Assembly: GCA_025936995.1 (NCBI GenBank)
Contig: JAICSH010000006.1
Span: forward strand, 6,575-70,574
Source of the DNA: Thermoleophilia bacterium
Lineage (GTDB): Bacteria; Actinomycetota; Thermoleophilia; Gaiellales; Gaiellaceae
DNA length: 64,000 bases
Reading direction: 5' to 3'
The notes under the pieces are model-generated. The model ran no database searches and was not told where the DNA came from. It saw only the letters and a program-made list of their open reading frames with translations. Shown here in pieces: positions 1 to 7,794 of the stretch (its first letter is position 1; every line of letters starts with the position of its first letter). Position numbers and translations under genes: made by a program.

Positions 1-1
1 G

Positions 2-382
2 GTCGCCGACGCCGACCTCGAGCCGCTCTTCCGCGAGAAGCCGGCCATCCACCGCTTCCCCGGCGCGATGGCCGAGCGCGTGCGCGAGCTCGCGGCCACC
101 GTCGCGGACGAGTACGGCGGCGACGCCTCCCGGTTGTGGACCGAGGCCGCGGACGGCGCAGACCTGCGGCGCCGCATCTCCGCGCTGCCGGGCTTCGGCG
201 AGATGAAGATCAAGTCGCTGGGCGCCGTGCTCGCCAAGCGGTTCGGCGTGGCGGCCGCCGCGGAGCTCGCTCCCGCCCACCCAACGCTCGGCGACGTCGA
301 CTCTCCCGCTGCGCTCGCCGGCTACCAGGCGGCGAAGAAGGCACACAAGGCCGAGTGGCTGGCGTCCAAGTCCGCACGCTGA
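2..382 (+). CDS. HhH-GPD-type base-excision DNA repair protein, C-terminal fragment (5' end outside the window)
   Basis: Frame 2 is open from the window edge through tracked ORF 68..382. The peptide ...ISALPGFGEMKIKSLGAVLAKRFGV... looks like a helix-hairpin-helix element. Codon usage is GC3-rich. Confidence 0.5.
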   Translation, partial: VADADLEPLFREKPAIHRFPGAMAERVRELAATVADEYGGDASRLWTEAADGADLRRRISALPGFGEMKIKSLGAVLAKRFGVAAAAELAPAHPTLGDVDSPAALAGYQAAKKAHKAEWLASKSAR

Positions 383-1386
383 CGGACGGCGGCCAGCCCG
401 CCGAGGAGACCGCGCACGCCCTCGCCGAGTTCTTCGCGGCGGCGAAGCAGACGCTCGAGATCGCCGTCTACGACCTCCAGCTGCCGGACGAGCTCGAGTC
501 GATCGTTCGCGGCGAGCTCGTCGCGGCGCAGAAGCGCGGGGTCGCCGTCCGCCTCGCGTACAACCTCGACCATCCGAAGGCCGTGCCGGTTCCGCCGCCG
601 CCGCGTACGAACACCGGGGCGTTGGAGGACCAGCCCTTCCCGACCGAGGCGATCCCGGGAGTCCCCGACCTGATGCACCACAAGTACGTCGTCCGCGACG
701 CGGCCTCCGTGTGGACCGGCTCGACGAACTGGACCGCCGACTCGTGGACGCGGGAGGAGAACGTCGTCGTCACCGTCGACTCGCCCGCGATCGCCGCGCG
801 CTACCGCGAGGACTTCGAGCAGCTCTGGACGACACGCGACGTCGCGCGCAGCGGCAAGGTCGACACGGCCCCGGTCGATGGGATGCGCGCATGGTTCTGC
901 CCCGGCCGCGGCGAGAAGCTCGCGCACCGGATCGCGAAGGCGATCGGCTCCGCCCGGCGCCGCATCCGGATCGCATCGCCGGTCATCACCTCGGCGCCGA
1001 TCCTCGGCACGCTTGCCCAGGTCGCCTCCGACGGAAAGGTCGACCTCGCCGGGGTAGTCGACGCCACCCAGATCGCCGAGGTGCTGCAGCAGTGGCGCGA
1101 GAACGGAAACGTCGACTGGAAGGGCCCGCTGCTCCGGACGGTGCTCACGCGCGCGCCCTTCTCCGGCAAGCAGACGACGCCGTGGGGGCCCGGCACGGTG
1201 CACGACTACATGCACGCCAAGGTCACCGTCGCGGACGACACGATCTTCGTCGGCAGCTTCAACCTCTCCCATTCGGGCGAGCTGAACGCCGAGAACGTCC
1301 TCGAGCTCGAGGATGCACGGCTCGCGGAGCAGCTCGCCGCGTTCGTCGACGGGATACGCGCGCGTTACCCCGCGGTCGCCCTTTAG
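355..1386 (+). CDS. Phospholipase D-like (two HKD motif) family protein
   Basis: Same frame as tracked ORF 136..1386. It has two HKD motifs (HHKYVVRD..GSTNWT and HAKVTVAD..GSFNLSHSG). The Arg-rich first part of the tracked ORF overlaps the upstream gene, so I moved the start to in-frame GTG 355 (uncertain). Confidence 0.8.
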   Translation: MAGVQVRTLTDGGQPAEETAHALAEFFAAAKQTLEIAVYDLQLPDELESIVRGELVAAQKRGVAVRLAYNLDHPKAVPVPPPPRTNTGALEDQPFPTEAIPGVPDLMHHKYVVRDAASVWTGSTNWTADSWTREENVVVTVDSPAIAARYREDFEQLWTTRDVARSGKVDTAPVDGMRAWFCPGRGEKLAHRIAKAIGSARRRIRIASPVITSAPILGTLAQVASDGKVDLAGVVDATQIAEVLQQWRENGNVDWKGPLLRTVLTRAPFSGKQTTPWGPGTVHDYMHAKVTVADDTIFVGSFNLSHSGELNAENVLELEDARLAEQLAAFVDGIRARYPAVAL

Positions 1387-1510
1387 GGGGATTCCCGGTC
1401 ATACGGGACTCATACCGCGCGGCCACTCGATTTCATAAGGCGCTACCCGATGCTCTGGTCACCGGACAACGAGTCCGGCCGGTACGAACGAGACCAGAGG
1501 AGCTTTGACA

Positions 1511-1924
1511 ATGCGCAAGATTCAGACCGCGACGCGGACCACGAAGTTCGTTGTCGCAGCAGTAGTGGCGTCGATCGCCTTCGCGGGCGTCTACGGCTTC
1601 GCCGCGTCACTCGGCATCACGTCGTCGGGCCTTGGCGCCGGCAACGCGGTCGTCGCATCCTGCGGCACCGGCATCACCGCGTCGTACACGACCGCGTACA
1701 GCGCGACGATCCCGGGCTACTCCGTCAGCCAGGTGAACCTCGCCAGCATCCCGGCCGCCTGCCTGAGCAAGGCGTACAGGATCCAGCTGACCGGCACCGC
1801 CGGCGCGACCGTCGGGTCCGAGGTCTCCGGGACGTTGCCCGCCTCGGGCACCACTGCGAGCGTCGCAACCTCGGGGAACGTCGACGCAAGTCTCGTCACC
1901 GGCATCTCGGTCGTCGTCTCGTAG
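1511..1924 (+). CDS. Small secreted protein P1 with a SipW-cognate-like N-terminal motif (paralogue of P2)
   Basis: ATG 1511 lies 8 nt after AGAGGAG (1495-1502). The protein has an N-terminal hydrophobic signal segment, then the motif FAASLGITSSGLGAGNAVVASC. It is Thr/Ser/Gly-rich with two Cys. Confidence 0.75.
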   Translation: MRKIQTATRTTKFVVAAVVASIAFAGVYGFAASLGITSSGLGAGNAVVASCGTGITASYTTAYSATIPGYSVSQVNLASIPAACLSKAYRIQLTGTAGATVGSEVSGTLPASGTTASVATSGNVDASLVTGISVVVS

Positions 1925-1951
1925 CGACCCGTCTCCGTACCGGCGGACTGC

Positions 1952-1980
1952 GAGCGGGGCGCGCCTACAGCGTCCCGCTC
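1952..1980 (+). terminator. GC-rich hairpin between P1 and P2 (possible partial terminator or attenuator)
   Basis: GAGCGGG (1952-1958) pairs with CCCGCTC (1974-1980) around a 15-nt loop. It is followed by the T/C-rich run gttccgtctctc. There is no clean U-tract. Confidence 0.3.
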
Positions 1981-2003
1981 GTTCCGTCTCTCGGAGGTAA
2001 CGC

Positions 2004-2390
2004 GTGCAGCGGCTGGCCAACATCCTCGCGATCGTCGTCACGGCGGCTCTCCTGTCGGTCGGAGTCGCGTCGGCCGCCGGCCTCGGCTTCACCAGCGGGA
2101 AGCTCGGCGCCGGGAGCGCCGTGGTCGCCGGTTGCACGTCGTCGTCCCTGACCGCGACCCGCAACGTGGACAACAGCGGCAACGTCACGCAGCTCAGCGT
2201 GACCGGTGTCCCCCAGGCCTGCGCAGGCGAGACCCTCGCCGCGACGCTCGAGAACAGCTCGCATACGAGTCTCGGCAGTGCCTCGGCCGTCGTCGGATCC
2301 TGCACGGGCGGCTGCTCGATGACGCTCTCGGGGTTCGGGACCGTCTCCGCCGCCAACGTCACCGCCTACGCGCTCTCGCTCACGCAGTAA
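2004..2390 (+). CDS. Small secreted protein P2 with a SipW-cognate-like N-terminal motif (paralogue of P1)
   Basis: GTG 2004 lies 6 nt after GGAGG. Signal segment, then SAAGLGFTSGKLGAGSAVVAGC. It shares V-[ST]-Q...[IV]P-x-AC with P1. Confidence 0.75.
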   Translation: MQRLANILAIVVTAALLSVGVASAAGLGFTSGKLGAGSAVVAGCTSSSLTATRNVDNSGNVTQLSVTGVPQACAGETLAATLENSSHTSLGSASAVVGSCTGGCSMTLSGFGTVSAANVTAYALSLTQ

Positions 2391-2397
2391 GCCGACC

Positions 2398-3030
2398 ATG
2401 CGCCGCTTCCGTTCCACGCCGCTCCGTCTCGCCGCCGCGATCGCCATGGCGGCGTGCGTCTCGACCGGCGTCGCGTACGCCGCGAGCCTCGGCCTCAGCT
2501 CCGGCAAGCTCCACGCCTGGAGCCAGACGCTGACCAAGGGAACGTGCAGCCCGTCGACGCTGTTCGACACCTACGTCAGCCAGGCGACTCCCAACACGCC
2601 CATCGGCAACGCGCCGCCGACCCTTCTCGTGTCGGGCGCAGTGAACGCGCAGAACTACACGTTCGTCCGCTTCGACCTTTCCGGGTGCAACATCCCGGCG
2701 ACCGGGGGTGCAGACAACGCGACGCTCACGATCAACGTGACCGCCGCGGGGCACGACAAGATCTCGGTCTTTCCGGTCCTCTCGGCCTGGGACCCGGCGA
2801 CGCTGACGTGGAACGGTCTCGCGGGCGTCACGATCGGATCGACGGCCAGTGATACGCAACCGGTCAACAGCGCAAGAGTGTTCAGCTTCACCGTCACGGG
2901 CGACGTCGACGCAGCCATCAAGGCCGGCGCCCTCTGGGGCTGGGAGATCCGGGACACGAGCGGCACTGCGACGACCGTGATCTCGTCGACGACCAACCCA
3001 CCGTCTCTCTCCATCAACTATGAGAAGTAG
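2398..3030 (+). CDS. Secreted DNRLRE-domain protein P3 with the same N-terminal motif
   Basis: Signal segment, then YAASLGLSSGKLHAW..KGTC. DNRLRE-type signature DTYVSQ...YTFVRFDLSGC...VFPVLSAWDPATLTWN. Confidence 0.8.
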   Translation: MRRFRSTPLRLAAAIAMAACVSTGVAYAASLGLSSGKLHAWSQTLTKGTCSPSTLFDTYVSQATPNTPIGNAPPTLLVSGAVNAQNYTFVRFDLSGCNIPATGGADNATLTINVTAAGHDKISVFPVLSAWDPATLTWNGLAGVTIGSTASDTQPVNSARVFSFTVTGDVDAAIKAGALWGWEIRDTSGTATTVISSTTNPPSLSINYEK

Positions 3031-3586
3031 CGTCCTCCCTCTCGCGCCTCGCGTCGCCCTCCGGCCTCGGCTCCCCCACGCACGGAAGGTGGCGTTGATC
3101 GCGGCACAGCTCGCCTTCGTGGCGGCGCTGCTCTGGTTCTGCCTACCGCAGGGCTTCGGCGGCCGCGCCGACTGGGTGCTCGTGAGCGGGACGAGCATGC
3201 TGCCCCATCTCCACACCGGCGACGTCGTCCTTGTCGACCACCAGTCGGCCTACCACGTCGGGGAGGTCGTCGCGTACCGCGTGCCGAAGGGCCAGGTCGG
3301 CGCCGGATACGTCGTCATCCACCGGATCGTCGGCGGCAACGGCCGGACCGGCTGGACGCTGCAGGGCGACAACCGGACGGCGGCGGACCTCTGGCACCCC
3401 ACGGACCGAAACGTCCTCGGCGCCAAGCTGCTACGCATCCCGGACGCGTGGCTCGCCCTCCGCTTCCTCCACACGCCGCTCTTCCTCGGCCTGCTGGCCG
3501 GCTTCGGCATCTTCTTCTGGGTGGCCTTCAGCGGGGGCGGAGATTCGGACGACGCGGCCGGCGGGACACAGCAGGGACTGAGATGA
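3020..3586 (+). CDS. Signal peptidase I, ER/archaeal (S26B, SipW-like) type
   Basis: Motifs SGTSMLPHLHTGD, VVIHRIV (Ser/His type) and LQGDNR, with N- and C-terminal TM segments. The start overlaps P3 by 11 nt, and the stop overlaps the kinase ATG (ATGA at 3583-3586). Confidence 0.85.
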   Translation: MRSSVLPLAPRVALRPRLPHARKVALIAAQLAFVAALLWFCLPQGFGGRADWVLVSGTSMLPHLHTGDVVLVDHQSAYHVGEVVAYRVPKGQVGAGYVVIHRIVGGNGRTGWTLQGDNRTAADLWHPTDRNVLGAKLLRIPDAWLALRFLHTPLFLGLLAGFGIFFWVAFSGGGDSDDAAGGTQQGLR

Positions 3587-5055
3587 GCGCGATCGCCGAC
3601 GCATACCTCGCCGAGCGCACCGCCCTGCCTGCGCGGCTGCACGCGGCCGTTCTGCGGGTGACCCAGCGGCGGAAGGTCGTGGTCGGGGTCGGCATCACGA
3701 GCCTGCTCCTGACCTTCGTGGGGATGCTGACCACCGGCGGCTCCGGGACGATCGGCACGATCATGTACGTCCCGTGGGTGGCGCTCCTCGCGGCCGAGCT
3801 CGGGCCGGCGGCCGGCGTGCTCGTCGGAATCGCGGCGACCGGCCTCTACTTCGCCGCCGCGGAATCGGTCGGGCTCCCCCACGACCCGGTGACGCTGGTG
3901 CTGCGTCTCGCCCCGCTCGTGGGTGTCGGCGTCGCCGCCGGTCTGTCGTCGCGCCGCATCTCCTCGGACGCCCTGGAGCTCCAGAAGACGAGTGCGGCGC
4001 AGCAGGCGCTGCTCGACTCGACGCTGGACGGCATCTGCCTCACGGACGCCTCCGGTCGCATCCTGCTCGCGAATGCTCCGCTGCAACGGATCTCCGTGGA
4101 GCTCGGGATCCCGCCACACGGAACGGTGATCGAGCGGCTGCTCTCGCTCGCCGACCGGACGACCGAGCCAGCGCGCTTCCGCGACCGGATGCGCGAGCTC
4201 GCGCAGAATCCCGCGGCGAGCGAGGACGAGTTCGAGCTGACCGAGAGCGGCCGCGTGTTCCAGGGCTGCACCGCGCCGGTGCAACGACGCGACGGCACGC
4301 TCGTCGGCCGGATCTGGTCGCTGCGGGAGGTGACCTCCGACCGGCGGCTCGAGCGGCTGCGCGACGCGTTCGTCGCTGCCGTCTCGCACGAGCTGCGCAC
4401 GCCGCTCACCTCGGTCTCCGGCTTCCTCGAGCTGCTCGGCGACGAGGAGGACAACCTCAAGCTCTCTGGGCGCACGTACCTGACCGCCGCCCGTCGCGGC
4501 ACCACCCGCCTCCAGCGGATCGTCGAGGATCTCCTCCTCGTGGCGGAGATCGAGGCAGAGCGCCTCGAGCTCCGTACCGAGCCGGTCGACCTCAGGGAGC
4601 TCGCGGCCGCCGCGGTCGAGATTACCCGCGCCGCCGCCGACGAGAAGCACATCGCGCTCACTCTGGACGTCGAGGGATCGCTCCCGCTCGAGGCCGACGG
4701 CGCACGGCTCGGACAGGTGCTGGAAAACCTCCTGTCGAACGCGATCAAGTACACCCCCGCCGGCGGCGCGATCGTCCTTTCGGCGAGCGGCGGTGACGCA
4801 CACCGGCGGATCGAGGTCGCCGACAACGGCATCGGCGTCCCGCATGAAGAGCTCGGCCAGCTCTTCTCGCGCTTCTACCGGGCCTCGAACGCCACCCGTC
4901 GCGCGATTCCCGGCACCGGCCTCGGCCTCGTGATCGCCCGCGCGATCGTCGAGGGCCACGGCGGCACGATCTCTCTCGACAGCCGCGAGGGCGAGGGAAC
5001 GACCGTCACAGTGACGCTCCCGCTCTGTCAGCCCGACGGCGGCACGTACCTGTAG
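3583..5055 (+). CDS. Membrane-bound PAS sensor histidine kinase (HisKA/HATPase_c)
   Basis: H-box SHELRTPL, N-box LLSNAIKYT, G-boxes DNGIGV and GTGLGL. N-terminal hydrophobic segments and a PAS-like region are present. I chose ATG 3583 because the upstream part of tracked ORF 3448..5055 overlaps sipW and is Arg-rich. Confidence 0.85.
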   Translation: MSAIADAYLAERTALPARLHAAVLRVTQRRKVVVGVGITSLLLTFVGMLTTGGSGTIGTIMYVPWVALLAAELGPAAGVLVGIAATGLYFAAAESVGLPHDPVTLVLRLAPLVGVGVAAGLSSRRISSDALELQKTSAAQQALLDSTLDGICLTDASGRILLANAPLQRISVELGIPPHGTVIERLLSLADRTTEPARFRDRMRELAQNPAASEDEFELTESGRVFQGCTAPVQRRDGTLVGRIWSLREVTSDRRLERLRDAFVAAVSHELRTPLTSVSGFLELLGDEEDNLKLSGRTYLTAARRGTTRLQRIVEDLLLVAEIEAERLELRTEPVDLRELAAAAVEITRAAADEKHIALTLDVEGSLPLEADGARLGQVLENLLSNAIKYTPAGGAIVLSASGGDAHRRIEVADNGIGVPHEELGQLFSRFYRASNATRRAIPGTGLGLVIARAIVEGHGGTISLDSREGEGTTVTVTLPLCQPDGGTYL

Positions 5056-5726
5056 CCGAAGCCGCGGACCGTCTCGATCGGCTGCCAGTCGGCGGTCGCT
5101 TGGCCGAGCTTCTTCCGCAGGTACGAGACGTACAGCTTCACCTGGTCGCGGGAGACTCCAGCCTCATGTCCCCAGCAATGCTCGATCAGCTGCTCGGCCG
5201 AGAGAACCTGGCCCGGGTGACGCGTGAACGCATTGAGGAGCCGGAACTCGAGCGGCGTGAGGGTCACCGGTAGGCCGCGGCTCAGGACGAGCCGGCGCGC
5301 GTAGTCGATCGAGATCGCGCCGTCGTCGTAGTGCTCGAGGTGCTTGGGCTCGGGCGCGCGCCGGAGGAGCGCCTCGATCCGGGCGAGCAGCTCCTGCCGG
5401 CCGAACGGCTTCACGACGTAGTCGTCGGCGCCGGCGCGGAAGCCGCGAACCTTGTCGATCTCGCCGCTGCGCGCGGTGAGCAGGATCACCGGGACGTCGC
5501 TCAGGTCCCGGAGGCGCTCGAGCGTCTCGAAGCCGTCGAGCTCGGGCATCGACAGGTCGAGGACGACGAGGTCGGCCGGAGTCGCGTGGAAGGCCCGCAG
5601 CGCGGCGCGCCCGTCCTTGGCCGTCTCGACCCCGTATCCGGCGCTCCGTAGGAGCTCTGCGAGCAGCAGGCAGATGTCGTCGTTGTCATCGACGACCAGC
5701 ACCCGCCGCAAAGGTGCCGTCACCAC
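5028..5726 (-). CDS. OmpR/PhoB-family response regulator
   Basis: Receiver domain (VLVVDDNDD, DLVVLDLSMP, KPF) plus a winged-helix output domain (LTPLEFRLL, VRGFGYRY). It is convergent with the kinase, and the 3' ends overlap by 28 nt. Confidence 0.9.
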   Translation of the reverse strand: MVTAPLRRVLVVDDNDDICLLLAELLRSAGYGVETAKDGRAALRAFHATPADLVVLDLSMPELDGFETLERLRDLSDVPVILLTARSGEIDKVRGFRAGADDYVVKPFGRQELLARIEALLRRAPEPKHLEHYDDGAISIDYARRLVLSRGLPVTLTPLEFRLLNAFTRHPGQVLSAEQLIEHCWGHEAGVSRDQVKLYVSYLRKKLGQATADWQPIETVRGFGYRYVPPSG

Positions 5727-5756
5727 TGCGGCTCAGTATCTCGCACCGTTCGGCCG

Positions 5757-6713
5757 ATGATAGGTCGAATGAAGCGATTCATCTCCGTTTCGACGCTTAT
5801 TGCGACGCTCTCGGCGGCGCTCCTGACGGGCTCCTCCGCCCAGGCGCTGCGCCTTCCGGCCGCTCGGCACTGCCCCGTCTTCCCGGCGACCAACGCCTGG
5901 AATCAGCGCGTCGACAAGCTCCCGGTCGCCTCCGACTCAGCGCAGTTGATCGCCTCGATCGGGGTAAACGCGTCCGTGCACGCGGACTTCGGCTCGGGCA
6001 CCTGGGCCGGCAGCACGATCGGCATCCCCTTCGACGTCGTCTCGCGGAAGACGCACCGGTCTCGCGTCGGATTCGCCTACGCCGACGAGTCCGATCGCGT
6101 GCGCTATCCGATCCCGCGGCACGTCCATATCGAGGGGGGCCGGCATCCGAGCGGCGACCGGCACGCGCTCCTCGTCGACAAGTCCTCGTGCCGGCTCTAC
6201 GAGCTGTACGACCTCCGTCACACGCGGCACGGCTGGAGGGCCGGCTCGGGCGCCGTCTGGAACCTGCGCTCGAATCACCTCCGCCATGCGGGCTGGACCT
6301 CGGCGGACGCAGCCGGCCTGCCCATCTTCCCCGGCCTCGCCCGCTGGGACGAGGTCAAGCGCGGCGTGATCAACCATGCGCTCCGCTTCACCGCGCCCGA
6401 GACCCGCCGCGCGTACGTCTATCCCGCGCGTCACTACGCATCGAGCTCGAACGACCCCTCGCTGCCGCCGATGGGTCTGCGCGTGAGGTTGAAGGCGCGC
6501 GTGAACGTCGCCTCGTTCCCGCGGCAGGCGCGCGTCGTCCTCCGGGCCATGCAGCGCTACGGGATGATCCTCGCCGACAACGGCTTGCCCTGGTACGTCT
6601 CCGGCGCGCCGAACAAGCACTGGTCGAACGACGCCCTCCACTCGTTCGACCGGCTCACGGGAGCGGACTTCGAGGTCGTCGACACCGCCTCGCTCCCGGA
6701 ACCCGGCAAGTAG
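5757..6713 (+). CDS. Secreted conserved hypothetical protein
   Basis: N-terminal signal peptide (MKRFISVSTLIATLSAALLTGSSAQA) and coding-like GC3 bias. I do not recognise the family. Confidence 0.7.
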   Translation: MIGRMKRFISVSTLIATLSAALLTGSSAQALRLPAARHCPVFPATNAWNQRVDKLPVASDSAQLIASIGVNASVHADFGSGTWAGSTIGIPFDVVSRKTHRSRVGFAYADESDRVRYPIPRHVHIEGGRHPSGDRHALLVDKSSCRLYELYDLRHTRHGWRAGSGAVWNLRSNHLRHAGWTSADAAGLPIFPGLARWDEVKRGVINHALRFTAPETRRAYVYPARHYASSSNDPSLPPMGLRVRLKARVNVASFPRQARVVLRAMQRYGMILADNGLPWYVSGAPNKHWSNDALHSFDRLTGADFEVVDTASLPEPGK

Positions 6714-6726
6714 GCCATGGCCACGC

Positions 6727-6760
6727 GGGACACGTCCGGAACCTGGTTCCAGACGTGTCC
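6727..6760. repeat. GC-rich REP-like palindrome, copy 1
   Basis: GGACACGTCCGGAACC-T-GGTTCCAGACGTGTCC. The 16-nt arms have one mismatch. It lies between convergent genes. Confidence 0.7.
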
Positions 6761-6811
6761 GGCTCAGCCATGCCTCGCTGCGGCGGAACCGCACGGCTCC
6801 ATGGATGAGCC
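6761..6811. repeat. Second hairpin nested between the two REP-like palindromes
   Basis: GGCTCAGCCATG (6761-6772) pairs with CATGGATGAGCC (6800-6811) with one mismatch. Confidence 0.45.
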
Positions 6812-6820
6812 GTCCTCCCC

Positions 6821-6853
6821 GGACACGTCCGGTACCTGGTACCGGACGTGTCC
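6821..6853. repeat. GC-rich REP-like palindrome, copy 2 (perfect)
   Basis: GGACACGTCCGGTACC-T-GGTACCGGACGTGTCC, a perfect 16-nt inverted repeat. Confidence 0.75.
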
Positions 6854-6882
6854 GGTTTGAACAGGGGTCGCGGACGGCGCGG

Positions 6883-7794
6883 CTAGCGGGCGGCCCAGTC
6901 GGCCCGCGGGTCGGGCAGCGGGGTGAGCAGCGGCTCGACGCGTTCGCGGAGATGCTCGAACGCCGGCGGCAGGATGAGCTTCTCGCCGAGGTGCGCGGGA
7001 TCCTCGTCGGTCGCGAACCCGGGACCGAGCGTTGCGATCTCGAAGAGCACGCCTGCCGGCTCGCGGAAGTAGATCGAGCGGAACCAGAAGCGGTCGATGA
7101 TCTGCGTCGGGTTCCCGCCCGCTTCGACGACACGGTCGTGCCAGGCCTGGTGATCCTCCATCGTCGAGGCCCACGCGACGTGGTGGACGGTGCCGGCGCC
7201 GCCGACGCCGTGGACGTCCGGCGCGTCCTCGTAATCGATCCAGCCGCCACGCGTCTCGGCGCGCGTGTCCCAGCGGCCGTCCTCCCGCTCGAAGCCGAGC
7301 GCAACGAGGAACTCGTCACTCGGCCGGCCGTACGCGCGAACCCCCTCGAATCCCTGCAGCGCATGCTCCCGCGGGATCTCGGGATGGAGTGCGACGAGCG
7401 GCTCGTCACTCACGCGCGAGACGACGAGCTCGTGCGCGAGGCCCTCGGGATTCGCGAAGCGGAGCGTCTCGCCGTCGGGCTCGACCTCGTGCCCCTCGGC
7501 GCTCAGCCGATCGGCCCAGAACTCGAGCGCGTCCGTGGAGCCGACCCGCCAGACGACGGTGTGGATCATCCCGGCGCCGGCCACGCCCGGGTGCGCGTCC
7601 GGGTACTCGAAGAACGTGATGTCCGAGCCGGGGCGCCCCTCCTCGTCGGCGTAGAAGAGGTGGTAGACGGTCGGATCGTCCTGGTTGACGGACTTCTTCA
7701 CGAGCCGGAGCCCGAGGACGCGCGCGTAGAAGTCGACGTTGCCGGGCGCGTCAGCCGTGATGCACGTGACGTGATGGATGCCGTCGAACCTCAT
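6883..7794 (-). CDS. Ring-cleaving dioxygenase, VOC/glyoxalase superfamily (two-domain)
   Basis: MRFDGIHHVTCITADAPGNVDFY...HHVAW... is typical of the glyoxalase-fold dioxygenase family. The start is set at ATG 7794, which overlaps the upstream stop (ATGA). The longer tracked N-terminus is Arg-rich. Confidence 0.85.
   Translation of the reverse strand: MRFDGIHHVTCITADAPGNVDFYARVLGLRLVKKSVNQDDPTVYHLFYADEEGRPGSDITFFEYPDAHPGVAGAGMIHTVVWRVGSTDALEFWADRLSAEGHEVEPDGETLRFANPEGLAHELVVSRVSDEPLVALHPEIPREHALQGFEGVRAYGRPSDEFLVALGFEREDGRWDTRAETRGGWIDYEDAPDVHGVGGAGTVHHVAWASTMEDHQAWHDRVVEAGGNPTQIIDRFWFRSIYFREPAGVLFEIATLGPGFATDEDPAHLGEKLILPPAFEHLRERVEPLLTPLPDPRADWAAR

Noticed and set aside
136-1386. The full 416-aa tracked ORF as the phospholipase D-like protein, and similar long N-terminal extensions of other tracked ORFs (6883..7950, 9542..10960, 18333..19967, 40136..41791, 41562..43511, 44753..48523, 57348..59285, 59658..61508).
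   Set aside because: The extensions are Arg-rich, overlap upstream genes and precede family-typical N-termini. Many of those N-termini start with ATGA or GTGA overlaps or follow good SD sequences. I used the internal starts.
3250-4959. Long antisense or out-of-frame ORFs rich in Arg/Pro/Gly/Ala. Examples are 3250..4959 (-), 7839..9632 (+), 8087..9499 (-), 33449..35746 (-), 44841..47162 (-), 47348..49336 (+), 55413..58499 (+) and 41611..43320 (-).
   Set aside because: They lie opposite or out of frame to genes with clear family signatures. Their low-complexity Arg/Pro-rich composition is what GC-rich DNA produces by chance, and they have no recognisable motifs. I treat them as shadow ORFs.
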